A stretch of 63,770 bases of DNA, the filler included, from Candidatus Babelota bacterium (GTDB lineage Bacteria > JAGOBX01), in assembly GCA_017999075.1 (NCBI GenBank). It is 10 parts of 10 records of this genome, joined end to end, with 100 filler letters (N's around TTAATTAATTAA, not from the genome) between each part and the next. Parts side by side here need not be neighbours in the genome. Positions count along the whole stretch, not along the records: positions 1 to 6,344 come from JAGOBX010000216.1; positions 6,445 to 12,787 come from JAGOBX010000217.1; 8 more parts are not named here. One strand, given 5' to 3'. Positions 1 through 10,127 of the stretch are shown one piece after another. Every line of letters starts with the position of its first letter. Position 1 is the stretch's first letter. Below the pieces are notes generated by a model. That model did no database searches, had not been told where the DNA came from, and saw only the letters and a list, made by a program, of their open reading frames with translations. Position numbers and translations under genes: made by a program.

Positions 1-37
1 ATTTAAAAAGCCGTTCGAATTTGAAAATAAACTTCAT
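1..37 (-). CDS. 5' fragment of a possible flagellar export protein FliJ (runs off the window start)
   Basis: ATG at 37 gives MKFIFKFERLLN, resembling the FliJ N-terminus (MxxFxFxLxxLL). Only 12 codons are visible. Confidence 0.35.
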   Translation of the reverse strand, partial: MKFIFKFERLFK

Positions 38-206
38 AATTGAGATAATCTTATAACATTATATTCATTAAGTCAAATTTTATTATATTATTGAACAAAT
101 AAAAATATTGCATTTTTCCAAGTATTATTTAATAATATGAAAAAAAATAAAATCTGAGGATAAATTATAATTTGATAAAAGTTTAAAAGGCGGGAAATTT
201 AATAAA

Positions 207-1643
207 ATGAAGTATGTTTCTGTTATAGGATTGGAAATTCATTCTCAATTAAGCGTTAATACGAAAATATTCTGCGGATGTTCTGTAAAATTCGGCGCAG
301 AACAGAATACTCAAACATGTCCTGTATGTTCTGGTTTTCCCGGGACTTTGCCTGTTTTGAATAAGAAAGCCGTTGAATATGGAGTTAAAGCAGGACTGGC
401 ATTAAAATGTTCTATCCCTCATTACAATAAATTTGACAGGAAAAATTATTTTTATCCGGATCTGCCTAAAGCTTATCAGATTTCACAATATGATAAACCT
501 TTATGTTTAAAAGGAAAAATTGAAATAAAAGTCAATGGTGAAATAAAAACAATAGGTATAACACGGATACATCTTGAAGAAGACGCGGGAAAGCTTGTGC
601 ATAGCGGTGATTTTTCTTCTGCTAATAATAGTTTTGCGGATTACAACAGGTGCGGTACTCCGCTTATAGAAATAGTAAGCGAGCCGGATATGCGTTCATC
701 TGATGACGCTTATGCGTATTTGCAGGCTGTAAAACATATTCTTGAATATATTGAAGTGAGTGACTGCAATATGGAGGAAGGCTCTTTGCGCTGCGATGCA
801 AATGTTTCTGTTATGCCGGAAGGAAGCAAAGTATTCGGAGTTAAGACCGAACTGAAAAATATGAATTCTTTCAAAGCTGTAAAAAATGCTGTTGACAGTG
901 AAATTAAGAGGCAGATAAATGAGCTTGAAACCGGCGGAAGAATAATCCAGGAAACCAGATTGTGGGATGAGACTGCAGGAATAACCAGACCAATGCGGTC
1001 GAAAGAAGAAGCTCAGGATTATAAGTATTTTCCGGAACCCGATTTAGTTTCTGTGGAACTCGATGAAAACTTTATTGATAGTATAAGAAAACAATTACCG
1101 GAACTTCCTCAATGCAGATTATCAAGATTTATTTCAGAATATGGATTAACAGAATCTGAAGCTGAAGTTTTGATAGCTCAAAAAAATATAGCTGATTATT
1201 TTGAAAATTCGGTTAAAACAGTTAATTTACCGAAAAAAATTGCTAACTGGATTATGGGCGATTTTATGTTTTTGCTGAAAGAAAACAAACTTGAAATTAA
1301 TAAATCTAAAGTTATGCCCGAACATATTGCCGAACTTGCTGATTTAATTGAAAAAAATGTAATCAATGGAAAAATAGCCAAACAGATATTTCCTGAAATG
1401 TTTGATTCCGGCAAAAAAGCGTCAGATATAATACGCGATAAAAATCTTGTTCAAATTACTGACGTTTCTGAAATTGAAAAAATTGTAGAACAGGTTATAA
1501 CTGAAAATCCTGAAGTTTTTGAACAGATAAAATCAGGAAAAGATAAAGCAAAAGGATTTATAGTCGGTCAGGTAATGAAGCTTTCAAAAGGCAAAGCAAA
1601 TCCGGCATTAGTTAATGAAATTTTGGCAAGGAAATCAGGTTAA
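207..1643 (+). CDS. gatB: Asp/Glu-tRNA amidotransferase subunit B
   Basis: IGLEIH, FDRKNYFYPDLPK, HLEEDAGK, RCDANVS, ELKNMNS and the C-terminal GQVMK..KGKANP. Confidence 0.98.
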   Translation: MKYVSVIGLEIHSQLSVNTKIFCGCSVKFGAEQNTQTCPVCSGFPGTLPVLNKKAVEYGVKAGLALKCSIPHYNKFDRKNYFYPDLPKAYQISQYDKPLCLKGKIEIKVNGEIKTIGITRIHLEEDAGKLVHSGDFSSANNSFADYNRCGTPLIEIVSEPDMRSSDDAYAYLQAVKHILEYIEVSDCNMEEGSLRCDANVSVMPEGSKVFGVKTELKNMNSFKAVKNAVDSEIKRQINELETGGRIIQETRLWDETAGITRPMRSKEEAQDYKYFPEPDLVSVELDENFIDSIRKQLPELPQCRLSRFISEYGLTESEAEVLIAQKNIADYFENSVKTVNLPKKIANWIMGDFMFLLKENKLEINKSKVMPEHIAELADLIEKNVINGKIAKQIFPEMFDSGKKASDIIRDKNLVQITDVSEIEKIVEQVITENPEVFEQIKSGKDKAKGFIVGQVMKLSKGKANPALVNEILARKSG

Positions 1644-1699
1644 TATATTTGCATCATGCTGAAGATTTCCTGCTGATTAAATTACAGGAATTGTTTTAT

Positions 1700-2266
1700 A
1701 TGAAAATAAAAATTGCTGAAAATATAAAAATATTATCATCTTATCTTAAAGAAAATGAAAATTATATAATTTCTTCTGTTGAAACTATTGCTTCACGGAT
1801 CGCGGAAATTATAAATAACGGCGGAAAAATTATTACTATGGGCAATGGAGGCAGCGCGTCTGATGCCCAGCATTTTACAGCTGAACTTATGGGAAGATTT
1901 CTGAAAGAACGTAAACCTTATGAATCAATATGCATAAACACAAACGTTTCTAATATTACTTCAATAGCAAATGATTACGGTTACGAATATGTGTTTGAAC
2001 GCCAGATATACGGATTATGCAGAAAAAATGATTCGGTTATATGTTACAGCACTTCAGGAAATTCTGCGAATATATTGAAAGCTGCATCTGCTGCAAAAAG
2101 TATTGGAGCGTTACTTATAACATTTACAGGATTTTCAGGCGGTAAACTTAAAAATATGTCTGATATAAATTTTAATGTTTCAATCAACAGCACAGCCAGG
2201 GTTCAGGAAGTACATTGTCTTGTCAATCACCTTATTTGCGAGATAATTGAAAACAGGTTGAATTGA
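1700..2266 (+). CDS. gmhA: Phosphoheptose isomerase (SIS domain)
   Basis: GNGGSASDAQHF, IANDYGYE, STSGNS, QEVH. The ATG at 1700 after CAGGAA is preferred to the TTG at 1649. Confidence 0.92.
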   Translation: MKIKIAENIKILSSYLKENENYIISSVETIASRIAEIINNGGKIITMGNGGSASDAQHFTAELMGRFLKERKPYESICINTNVSNITSIANDYGYEYVFERQIYGLCRKNDSVICYSTSGNSANILKAASAAKSIGALLITFTGFSGGKLKNMSDINFNVSINSTARVQEVHCLVNHLICEIIENRLN

Positions 2267-3552
2267 ATGCAATTATGAAGAAAAAGGGACTGATATTTTT
2301 TTCATCGAAATATATTAATGTTTTGATATCTGATAATAAAAAAATCGAAAAATTTAATTTTGAACTTAATGATTTTTCTGCCGAAACTATTTCTGAACTT
2401 TTAAAAAATATAAAAAAAACCGAGGTTTTAGCTGTTTTATCAGGTGAATTATATTATAATTTGAAAACTGAAGTTCAAATAACCAATATTGATTCATTGA
2501 ATAAAATTCTGCCGAACATTATTTCCGGATATCATTTTGAAAAAAATTATAAAGGCGGGTTCGGCGTTGCGGTATACAATGCAGACAATTCCTCAAGAAC
2601 TGTTTTATATTCATATTTGACTGAAGAAAAAAAATATATTATCAGCGGAGCTCTTAAAAATTTTAAAGTGTCCGGTATTACTTCAATGCATCATTTTTTA
2701 TATGAATATTTAAAAAAAAACAGTGTATCTCCGGAAAAAATAAAAGTTCAGGATTTTTATTTTAATAATGATAATTTATTTTACGGTTTTACAATAGATT
2801 CGCAAAACAAACTTAGCATGATAAAAAATGTTAAAATAAAAAAGGAAGATTTGCCTGAAAACGGAAACGGATGCGTTGTTTTAAACGGTCCAGAGAGTTT
2901 GTTTGAAGATTTTTCAAAACGTGAAATGCTCGATTCTGTTTATAATTCGATTATTGAAAATTATAAGTTTACTTTGTTTGAAAAAAAAAACAGGGTTAAA
3001 TTGTCGGATGTGTTTGATTTAAAAAAATGTTTTAATAAAACTTCTGTTTATCTTTTAATTGTTATATTGCTTTTTTACGAGCTGAACCGTTATTTGATTT
3101 ATCATAAATTTAAAACACAGTATAACGGTGTTAAATCCAATCAGGTTAAATTGTTTAAAAATAATTTTTCTCAGGAAAAAGTTATAATTGATCCGCTGAA
3201 TCAGTCTAAAAGTTTGATGCTGAAGAAAAAAAATGAACTTGAGATGATGTATAAAAATTCTCCTCTTTACATTGATTATATAAGGCAGTTGAACCAGTCA
3301 TTTGATATTTTAAATAAATATTCCGCTCAGCTGAAACAGGTTGACGTTAAGAATAATGTTATCACATTTGAAGGAGAAGCGCAGTCAATAAGCGATATAG
3401 ATAAAATTCATTCGGAACTTAGGGAAAAATTGAGAAATGTGGAATCTGTAAAAATTTTGAATTCTAAATATAAAAACATATTATCTAACACAGGCGCGGA
3501 ATTCGAGATTTCAATTGTAATTGAACTTCCGAAAATAACAGATGGGAATTGA
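2263..3552 (+). CDS. GspL/PilN-like bitopic membrane protein
   Basis: Cytoplasmic N-domain, one TM (VYLLIVILLFY), coiled coil, IIDPLNQ motif, and a ferredoxin-like C-domain (ITFEGEA...EFEISI). Confidence 0.55.
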   Translation: MNAIMKKKGLIFFSSKYINVLISDNKKIEKFNFELNDFSAETISELLKNIKKTEVLAVLSGELYYNLKTEVQITNIDSLNKILPNIISGYHFEKNYKGGFGVAVYNADNSSRTVLYSYLTEEKKYIISGALKNFKVSGITSMHHFLYEYLKKNSVSPEKIKVQDFYFNNDNLFYGFTIDSQNKLSMIKNVKIKKEDLPENGNGCVVLNGPESLFEDFSKREMLDSVYNSIIENYKFTLFEKKNRVKLSDVFDLKKCFNKTSVYLLIVILLFYELNRYLIYHKFKTQYNGVKSNQVKLFKNNFSQEKVIIDPLNQSKSLMLKKKNELEMMYKNSPLYIDYIRQLNQSFDILNKYSAQLKQVDVKNNVITFEGEAQSISDIDKIHSELREKLRNVESVKILNSKYKNILSNTGAEFEISIVIELPKITDGN

Positions 3553-5128
3553 TTATATGAAAGAAATTGTTTCTGCCGGAACTATGCGTGAAATAGATAG
3601 GCATACGATTGAATCAGTGGGTATACCCGGAATAGTTTTGATGGAACAGGCTGCCATAGGTTGTTTTAATGAAATAAAAAAAATTATTGATTCGGAAAAT
3701 TTTGAAAAAGTTATAATAGCAGCAGGTTCTGGAAATAATGGAGGAGACGGGTTTGCAGTATGCCGCCATTTGGTTCACAGTGGAATTATTCCTGAATTAT
3801 TGATTGTATGCGATGAGTCAAAACTTAAATCTGATGCATTAACAAATTTTAAAATTTTGAAAAATCTCGGAATTAAAATTTTAAAATATGACAGAAACAA
3901 TATTACAGCAGGCTATTTTGATAATGCTCTTGTAATTGATGCTCTTCTTGGAACCGGAATAACAGGAAAACTAAAACCTGAGATGTCAGAAATAATAAAT
4001 TTAATTAACGCATCAAATAATTTTGTTGTGTCAATAGATATTCCGTCAGGATTGTCTGAAAATCAGGATAATATTTCTGTAAAAGCAGATATAACTCTTT
4101 CAATAGGATTTTATAAAGATATTTTTTTCAGTTCGAAAGGAATTGAGAATACAGGTAAAATAAAATTGATAGAATTGAATTTTTTTAAGTCTGTATTGGA
4201 TAAATTTTCAAATAAAATTTTTGTTAATGAAATTTTAAAACATGAATTATTGAACTTAATTCCTGAAAGAAATTCAAATAAATCAAATTCAGGAAAAATT
4301 CTTGTTATAGCCGGTTCTGAAAAATATTCGGGAGCTGCGGTGATAGCATGTCAGTCAGCTGTTGAAACAGGCGCAGGTATTGTGTATTGCCTTTGCGAAG
4401 AAAAAACAATGAACTGTATAAAATATGCTGTTCCTGAAGTTATAACTTTGAAACTTGATTCTGTTTCAGGAAAAATAAGTTTTTCAGAATATAACAAAAA
4501 AATAGTGGAAAAATATATTGGAATAGCGGATGTTGTTTTAACAGGTTGCGGACTTGATATTTCGGATGATTTGTTTGAACTTGTAAAATTTATTCTGCAA
4601 AATTCGGTTTCACCTGTTATACTTGACGCGGACGGCATTAATAATGTTGCAGGAAAAATTAAGTTTGAAGATATTGATAATAATGCAGGCATAATATTGA
4701 CTCCGCATCCCGGAGAATTCGGCAGGCTGACCGGACTAAAAAGTTCAGATATCCAAAATGACCGTATCAATGCTTCTGATAAATTAAAATTGAATCAAAA
4801 TTCGGTGCTGGTTTTGAAAGGGAAATATACGATTATTTCTGATACGCAAAAAAAATATGTGAATTTTACAGGAAATTCATTGCTGTCAATAGCTGGTTCA
4901 GGAGACTCGCTTGCAGGTTTAATAGCAGGGTATACAGCTAAATCCAAATATCAAAAATTGATTGAACCTGTGAAAACTGCTGTATTTCTGCATGGAGCAG
5001 TAGCGGATTTTTTGAAAAATTATGAGTCGAGAATTGCAATGAAAACTTCGGATATAAACCAGTATTTAAATAAAGTTATAGGTGTTATGCTTAAAAAAAA
5101 TGAAGAAATTTTTATCAGGCCTTTTTAA
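3542..5128 (+). CDS. nnr: Bifunctional NAD(P)HX epimerase/dehydratase (YjeF)
   Basis: GNNGGDG, DALLGTG, DIPSG, LDADG, LTPHPGEF, GSGD.LAG. Confidence 0.95.
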   Translation: MGIDYMKEIVSAGTMREIDRHTIESVGIPGIVLMEQAAIGCFNEIKKIIDSENFEKVIIAAGSGNNGGDGFAVCRHLVHSGIIPELLIVCDESKLKSDALTNFKILKNLGIKILKYDRNNITAGYFDNALVIDALLGTGITGKLKPEMSEIINLINASNNFVVSIDIPSGLSENQDNISVKADITLSIGFYKDIFFSSKGIENTGKIKLIELNFFKSVLDKFSNKIFVNEILKHELLNLIPERNSNKSNSGKILVIAGSEKYSGAAVIACQSAVETGAGIVYCLCEEKTMNCIKYAVPEVITLKLDSVSGKISFSEYNKKIVEKYIGIADVVLTGCGLDISDDLFELVKFILQNSVSPVILDADGINNVAGKIKFEDIDNNAGIILTPHPGEFGRLTGLKSSDIQNDRINASDKLKLNQNSVLVLKGKYTIISDTQKKYVNFTGNSLLSIAGSGDSLAGLIAGYTAKSKYQKLIEPVKTAVFLHGAVADFLKNYESRIAMKTSDINQYLNKVIGVMLKKNEEIFIRPF

Positions 5129-6050
5129 ATTAAATATAGTAATAAGCGTTATAATAATACTTTTTATTCTGTCAATAGTAGTAAGCAGAATTAAAGTTTA
5201 TAACAACATAAAAAATAAAAATAAAATTTTGGAAAAATTCGGATATTCAGAGAAAACAGGGATATTTAATGAAGCTGCTCCGGCAATATTTGGAGGAAAT
5301 GTAAAATTAAAACATGCGGTGCTGCTTCTTCATGGTTATTCAGCTTCTCCTTTTGAATTTAAATCTCTCTTTAAAGAATTTGAAAAAAATGGAATACCTT
5401 ATTATGCGCCGCTGCTGACAGGGTTCGGCCAAAAAGATTTCCATCTTTTAAATAATATAAAACCTGAAGACTGGATACGCGATGCATTAACTGCGTACGA
5501 TCTGCTCGCAGCTTTTTTTGAAGAAATAAGCGTGATAGGCCATTCAAACGGCAGTTCCCTTGCAGTGATAGTTTCATCTGAAAGAAAAGTAAAAAAATTG
5601 ATTTTGACCGGACCGAATATAAATGTTGCAGCTTCTGATAAATTTTATAAGGACATTCTGAATAAACCTGTATTGTCTTCAATACTAAAATTTTATATGC
5701 CTGTTTTTGAAAAACCTTTTAGAAAAAACAGAATTACAAATGTTGATACAATTGATACCGAATCCGCATTGTCTTCGTTTCATTATTCTGCTTTACCGAT
5801 AAACAGTTTGGCAGCCGTTTGGAAATTGCAGGATTATGCAGATATTCTTAAAGCAAAATATGAAAGTTTGACTGTTATATACGGGATGAATGATTTAACA
5901 GTCGATGTTAATTCCTTTCTTGATTTCCTGAAAAAAAATAATATTAAGTATAAGGATATTGGATTGAAAAGTTCAGGACATAATGTTTATGACGATTTTG
6001 ATAAATCAGAAGCTGTATCTGAAACTTTAAAAGTGTTTAATGAAATTTAA
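5100..6050 (+). CDS. Membrane-anchored alpha/beta hydrolase (carboxylesterase-like)
   Basis: N-terminal TM, LLLHGY, nucleophile elbow GHSNG, Asp (NDLTVD) and His (SGHN). Confidence 0.85.
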   Translation: MKKFLSGLFKLNIVISVIIILFILSIVVSRIKVYNNIKNKNKILEKFGYSEKTGIFNEAAPAIFGGNVKLKHAVLLLHGYSASPFEFKSLFKEFEKNGIPYYAPLLTGFGQKDFHLLNNIKPEDWIRDALTAYDLLAAFFEEISVIGHSNGSSLAVIVSSERKVKKLILTGPNINVAASDKFYKDILNKPVLSSILKFYMPVFEKPFRKNRITNVDTIDTESALSSFHYSALPINSLAAVWKLQDYADILKAKYESLTVIYGMNDLTVDVNSFLDFLKKNNIKYKDIGLKSSGHNVYDDFDKSEAVSETLKVFNEI

Positions 6051-6104
6051 ACCGATTTAAGATATATAAATATTTTATATATTATTTTATTTTTTTTATA
6101 AATT

Positions 6105-6344
6105 ATGAAACAAAAGTTTGATCTTGATAAAGAAGAAATATTCACATTTAAGGATAATTTTTTTACTGATTCTGTATTGAATCTCTTATTTTATATAAAA
6201 GAAAATCCTGTTAAATCTATAGTTACAATTCTGATATTAGTTGTAGGAGCATATTTTTCGCTGTATCTGATTAAAAAACCTAAATTTGATATAACTAAAG
6301 CTACATCTGCTCAAATTAAAATTGAACGTAAAATCCTTTTGGTC
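6105..6344 (+). CDS. Hypothetical single-TM protein, 3'-truncated
   Basis: ORF with one hydrophobic helix running into the linker. Confidence 0.6.
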
Positions 6345-6444
6345 NNNNNNNNNNNNNNNNNNNNNNNNNNNNNNNNNNNNNNNNNNNNTTAATTAATTAA
6401 NNNNNNNNNNNNNNNNNNNNNNNNNNNNNNNNNNNNNNNNNNNN
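6345..6444. other. Artificial contig linker, first of nine (others: 12788-12887, 19227-19326, 25656-25755, 32071-32170, 38447-38546, 44810-44909, 51141-51240, 57457-57556)
   Basis: Identical N44-TTAATTAATTAA-N44 blocks, with stops in all six frames. Segment lengths fall monotonically from 6344 to 6214. Confidence 0.99.
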
Positions 6445-6492
6445 GTATTCTTCAGTGAGTTTATAAAGAAAAGTTAATATTATTTTTTTCAT
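6445..6492 (-). CDS. 5' fragment of an unidentified CDS downstream of tRNA-Pro
   Basis: ATG at 6492, MKKIILTFLYKLTEEY, open to the contig end. Confidence 0.4.
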
Positions 6493-6506
6493 TGGCAATT
6501 AAAAAA

Positions 6507-6582
6507 TGGTCGGGGCGACTGGACTTGAACCAGCGGCCTCTTGGTCCCGAACCAAGCGCGCTACCATCTGCGCTACGCCCCG
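6507..6582 (-). tRNA. tRNA-Pro(CGG)
   Basis: Reverse complement CGGGGCGTAGCGCAGATGGTAGCGCG-CTTGG TTCGGGA CCAAG-...GGTTCAAGTCC...CGCCCCG-ACCA. 76 nt with encoded CCA. Confidence 0.98.
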
Positions 6583-6594
6583 TCATTTTATTAA

Positions 6595-7353
6595 TTAAAA
6601 AGAATGAGTTAAAGAAAAATTAATTCCGCAATCTCCGCTTTTACTTGATAATCCTATTGGAACGGCTAATTTTAACACAAGGTTTTTTTCACTATCAAAA
6701 ATTAATCCTGGAGAAAAATACGATTGAGTTTTAAAACCGAAATCTGCGCTTTCTGAGACTCTTATCCCTGTTAATTCTGCTGCAACTTTAAGTTTTTTTG
6801 AAATAGAAAAGTTAATTCCTGCATCGTATTCGATAGCAGTATTATCTCCTGCATTTAAAAAATTAATTCCTGTAGAACCGAATAATCTGAAATTAGGGAA
6901 ATCTTTTCCTGCGCTTGCAAATAATTTTATATCAAGTTTTTTATTATCGTACTGTTTAATTCCTGAAACGCTGCCTGTAGGAAAATTAAGTTCTAATCCT
7001 CCTGAAAGAACAGGCGTTTTACCTGCTTCTTCAATAAATTTAAATTTTTGATAAATTGAGATGTCTCCAAAACCGTTATCATTGTTTTCTACAAAAATAT
7101 AAGGAATCTTAACGCCTATTTCCATATTGTGCATAACACCCCAACCTATACGGACAGGCATAATTCCAAAATCATAATTCAAATTAGCGTAATCTTTGTA
7201 TAAACAAAACCCTTGTTCAATATCTACGTCCTGGATTTGAAGAAAATTGTTGTCAATACCGAAAATTGATTCAAACTGGCGCGTTTGACCATCTTTGGAA
7301 AATAATAAAACTGCAATAATAATTAAGCTTGATAATAAAATCTTTTTAGTCAA
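6595..7353 (-). CDS. Outer-membrane beta-barrel (putative transporter/porin family)
   Basis: Signal peptide, GFGDI..Y.KF and L.FPTG motifs, amphipathic strands, terminal Phe. Confidence 0.7.
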   Translation of the reverse strand: MTKKILLSSLIIIAVLLFSKDGQTRQFESIFGIDNNFLQIQDVDIEQGFCLYKDYANLNYDFGIMPVRIGWGVMHNMEIGVKIPYIFVENNDNGFGDISIYQKFKFIEEAGKTPVLSGGLELNFPTGSVSGIKQYDNKKLDIKLFASAGKDFPNFRLFGSTGINFLNAGDNTAIEYDAGINFSISKKLKVAAELTGIRVSESADFGFKTQSYFSPGLIFDSEKNLVLKLAVPIGLSSKSGDCGINFSLTHSF

Positions 7354-7380
7354 TTTATTTCTCCATTTTTTTATAAATAA

Positions 7381-8457
7381 TTATTTGTTTTCTTTTTCAA
7401 ATTTTTCCATAAATTTGATCAATTCTTTAACCCCTTCAATAGGCATAGCATTATATACTGATGCTCGGCATCCTCCGACACTTCTATGACCTTTTAATCC
7501 GATAAATCCGGCAGCAGTAGCTTCTTTAATAAATTTTTCTTCAAGCTGTTCAGTAGTCAATCTGAAAGTTATGTTCATTTTTGAACGGCTGTTTTTGTCG
7601 GTGGTTCCGCGGTACATCGAACTGTTGTCGAGAATTTTATATAATAATTCTGCTTTTGAGTTATTGATATCTTCAATGCCCGATATTCCTCCGAGTTTTT
7701 CAATCCATTCCATAACGAGTTTGATAATATAAATTCCGAAACATGGAGGAGTGTTATATAATGAAGGTTCCTTAACATGAGTTTTATAACTTAACATTGT
7801 TGTAAGCCCTGAAGCTGATGATTCGACTAAATCTTTTCGGATAATAACAAGAGTAACTCCTGAAGGACCGATATTTTTTTGAGCTCCTGCGTAAATTAAG
7901 CCGAATTTTGAAACGTCAATTTTTCTGCTGAATATATCTGACGACATATCTGCAACAAGAGGGACATTTCCTGTATCAGGAAATTTATTAAACTGAATTC
8001 CGCCTATAGTTTCATTTGATGTAACATGCACATATTTAGCATCGGCTTTAAAATTAAATTTGTCAGGAATATAATTGTAATTTTTATCTTCGGAAGTAGC
8101 CGCTATATTTACTTTCCCAAATAGCTTGGCTTCTTTAATAGCTTTGCTTGCCCATTCTCCGGTATGAATATAATCAGCTGATCCGCCTTGAAGTAAATTC
8201 ATAGGCACCATACCAAACTGTAAACTTGCGCCGCCCTGTAAAAAGAGTATCCAATAATTATCAGGTACACCGAAAATGTCTCTGATTTTTTGTTCTGCTG
8301 TTTTGATAACAGCATCGAATTCTTTTGACCTGTGGCTGATTTCCATTATGGATAATCCTATTCCATTATAATCAAGCAATTCTTCCTGAGCTTTTTTCAT
8401 TACTTCATAAGGCAATATAGCCGGACCTGCGTAGAAATTATATTTTTTTACGCCCAT
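7381..8457 (-). CDS. serC: Phosphoserine aminotransferase
   Basis: NFYAGPA, QGGAS.QF, DMSS, AGAQKN.GPSG, NTPP, GHRSVGG.RAS.YNA. GGAGG lies upstream of the ATG at 8457. Confidence 0.98.
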   Translation of the reverse strand: MGVKKYNFYAGPAILPYEVMKKAQEELLDYNGIGLSIMEISHRSKEFDAVIKTAEQKIRDIFGVPDNYWILFLQGGASLQFGMVPMNLLQGGSADYIHTGEWASKAIKEAKLFGKVNIAATSEDKNYNYIPDKFNFKADAKYVHVTSNETIGGIQFNKFPDTGNVPLVADMSSDIFSRKIDVSKFGLIYAGAQKNIGPSGVTLVIIRKDLVESSASGLTTMLSYKTHVKEPSLYNTPPCFGIYIIKLVMEWIEKLGGISGIEDINNSKAELLYKILDNSSMYRGTTDKNSRSKMNITFRLTTEQLEEKFIKEATAAGFIGLKGHRSVGGCRASVYNAMPIEGVKELIKFMEKFEKENK

Positions 8458-8502
8458 ATCTTTCAAACCTCCGAAAATTTTTCAAAAAATTTATTGGAAT
8501 AT

Positions 8503-8530
8503 ATTTTATAATTATTAAAAAAATTGTCAA
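8503..8530 (-). promoter_or_regulatory. sigma70-type promoter for serC
   Basis: TTGACA-16 nt-TAAAAT on the minus strand. Confidence 0.5.
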
Positions 8531-8610
8531 TAAAAATTATAAATTTTTAAACTATAATTAGTACAATTTTTTTATATTTTATTTTTAATAACAATCAATA
8601 AATAATTTAA

Positions 8611-8952
8611 CTATGCTGTTTTTTTATTATTATTTTTTTTATTGCCAGAATGGCTTTTATTTTCAGAAGAAGATGAAGAACCGCTTGATTCATTAACAGG
8701 TTTTACTTCTGATGCTGCAGTTTCACCGGATTTTTTTTCGTTTTGTAATGAGGATTTTGAAGAATCAGATTTTTTCTTCGAATCAGTAACATAAAAACCG
8801 CCGCATTTAAATAAAACTCCTGCTCCGCCGCAGATAAGTCTTTGAACTTTGCCTTTGCATTTTGGGCATTTTTTTATGGGTTCTTCGCTTATTGATTGAA
8901 ATTCTTCAAAGGTAAAACCGCATTTAGCGCATTCATAATCGTATGTAGGCAT
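8611..8952 (-). CDS. FmdB-family zinc-ribbon protein
   Basis: MPTYDYECAKCG...CPKC...FKCGGFYVTD with a Ser/Lys-rich tail. The real start is probably the ATG at 8952, not 9084. Confidence 0.9.
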   Translation of the reverse strand: MPTYDYECAKCGFTFEEFQSISEEPIKKCPKCKGKVQRLICGGAGVLFKCGGFYVTDSKKKSDSSKSSLQNEKKSGETAASEVKPVNESSGSSSSSENKSHSGNKKNNNKKTA

Positions 8953-9034
8953 AACAAAAACTCCTTTTACATTATTAACATAAATAATTTTTTTATTGAA
9001 ATTATCAGGTTTTTCCGGAAAATATTTAGAAAAA

Positions 9035-9883
9035 TTAAGCGGTACAGTATTTTTCTTGATATTTTTCAGCAACTTTTCTTGCAAGCGTTCTTACACGCAG
9101 AATATATTTCATTCTTTCTGAAACGCTTATTGCTCCGCGTGCATCAAGCATATTGAATGCGTGAGAACACTTTAAAACATAATCATAAGCAGGAAAAACA
9201 AGATTATTATTAAGAATATTTAAACATTCTTTTTCAAAACCATTAAAAGAATTATACATGAGTTCTGTATCTGAATATTCAAAATTATAATGAGAATATT
9301 CAATTTCTGTGGGTTTATGAATATCACCGTATTTAACGCCTTTGGTCCACTCTATTTCAAAAACAGATTTTACTTTTTGAATATACATTGCAAGACGTTC
9401 AAGTCCATAAGTGAGTTCTGCAGGAATTAAATTCAGCTCAATCCCACCTACTTGCTGAAAATATGTAAACTGAGTAATTTCCATTCCATCAAGCCAAACT
9501 TCCCAGCCGAGTCCCCATGCTCCGAGAGTTGGTGATTCCCAATCGTCTTCCACAAATCTTATGTCATGTTCTTCAGGAATTATTCCTATATGTCTTAAAC
9601 TATCAAGATATAATTGCTGAATATCTGCAGGCGCAGGTTTGATTATAACCTGAAATTGATAATAATGCTGCAGCCTGTTAGGGTTTTCTCCATATCTTCC
9701 GTCTGCAGGTCTTCTTGACGGCTCAACGTAAGCTACTTTCCATTCTTTGTTTCCCAGGCAGCGAAGAAATGTATGCGGATTAAATGTTCCGGCGCCTACT
9801 TCAATATCTGTCGGCTGAGCAATAACACAGTTTTTTTCTGACCAATAATTCTGCAATCTTAAAATAATATCTTGAAAATACAT
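9035..9883 (-). CDS. glyQ: Glycine-tRNA ligase alpha subunit
   Basis: [52 protein letters not shown]. Confidence 0.99.
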   Translation of the reverse strand: MYFQDIILRLQNYWSEKNCVIAQPTDIEVGAGTFNPHTFLRCLGNKEWKVAYVEPSRRPADGRYGENPNRLQHYYQFQVIIKPAPADIQQLYLDSLRHIGIIPEEHDIRFVEDDWESPTLGAWGLGWEVWLDGMEITQFTYFQQVGGIELNLIPAELTYGLERLAMYIQKVKSVFEIEWTKGVKYGDIHKPTEIEYSHYNFEYSDTELMYNSFNGFEKECLNILNNNLVFPAYDYVLKCSHAFNMLDARGAISVSERMKYILRVRTLARKVAEKYQEKYCTA

Positions 9884-10014
9884 TTTTAATCTCCGTAATT
9901 TTATTGAAAAAATATATTCAGGAAAAATTTATTTGCTTAATATTATATAATATCAGAATAAAAATCAAGCCAAAGAAAATTTTTATTTATAAAAAAATTA
10001 GAAGTTAAAAATAA

Positions 10015-10043
10015 TTGACATAAACCAAAAAAGAAAATAAAAT
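10015..10043 (+). promoter_or_regulatory. sigma70-type promoter for xdhAB
   Basis: TTGACA-17 nt-TAAAAT. Confidence 0.6.
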
Positions 10044-10127
10044 AGTTTAATAATAAAAAATAAAGAAACTTATACATTTTTGTGTTTATTTGTCATATCA
10101 TTAACAATATAAAGAGGAGAAAATCAG

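Noticed and set aside
6389-6400. TTAATTAATTAA recurring about every 6.4 kb as a biological repeat
   Set aside because: It is always centred in N runs, so it is a synthetic six-frame-stop linker.
6445-6582. tRNA-Pro as an integration site
   Set aside because: No integrase or duplicated tRNA 3' end is visible, and the contig ends about 60 bp downstream.
8953-9084. N-terminal extension of the FmdB protein overlapping glyQ
   Set aside because: The family starts at MPTYDY, and a GGAG RBS precedes the ATG at 8952.
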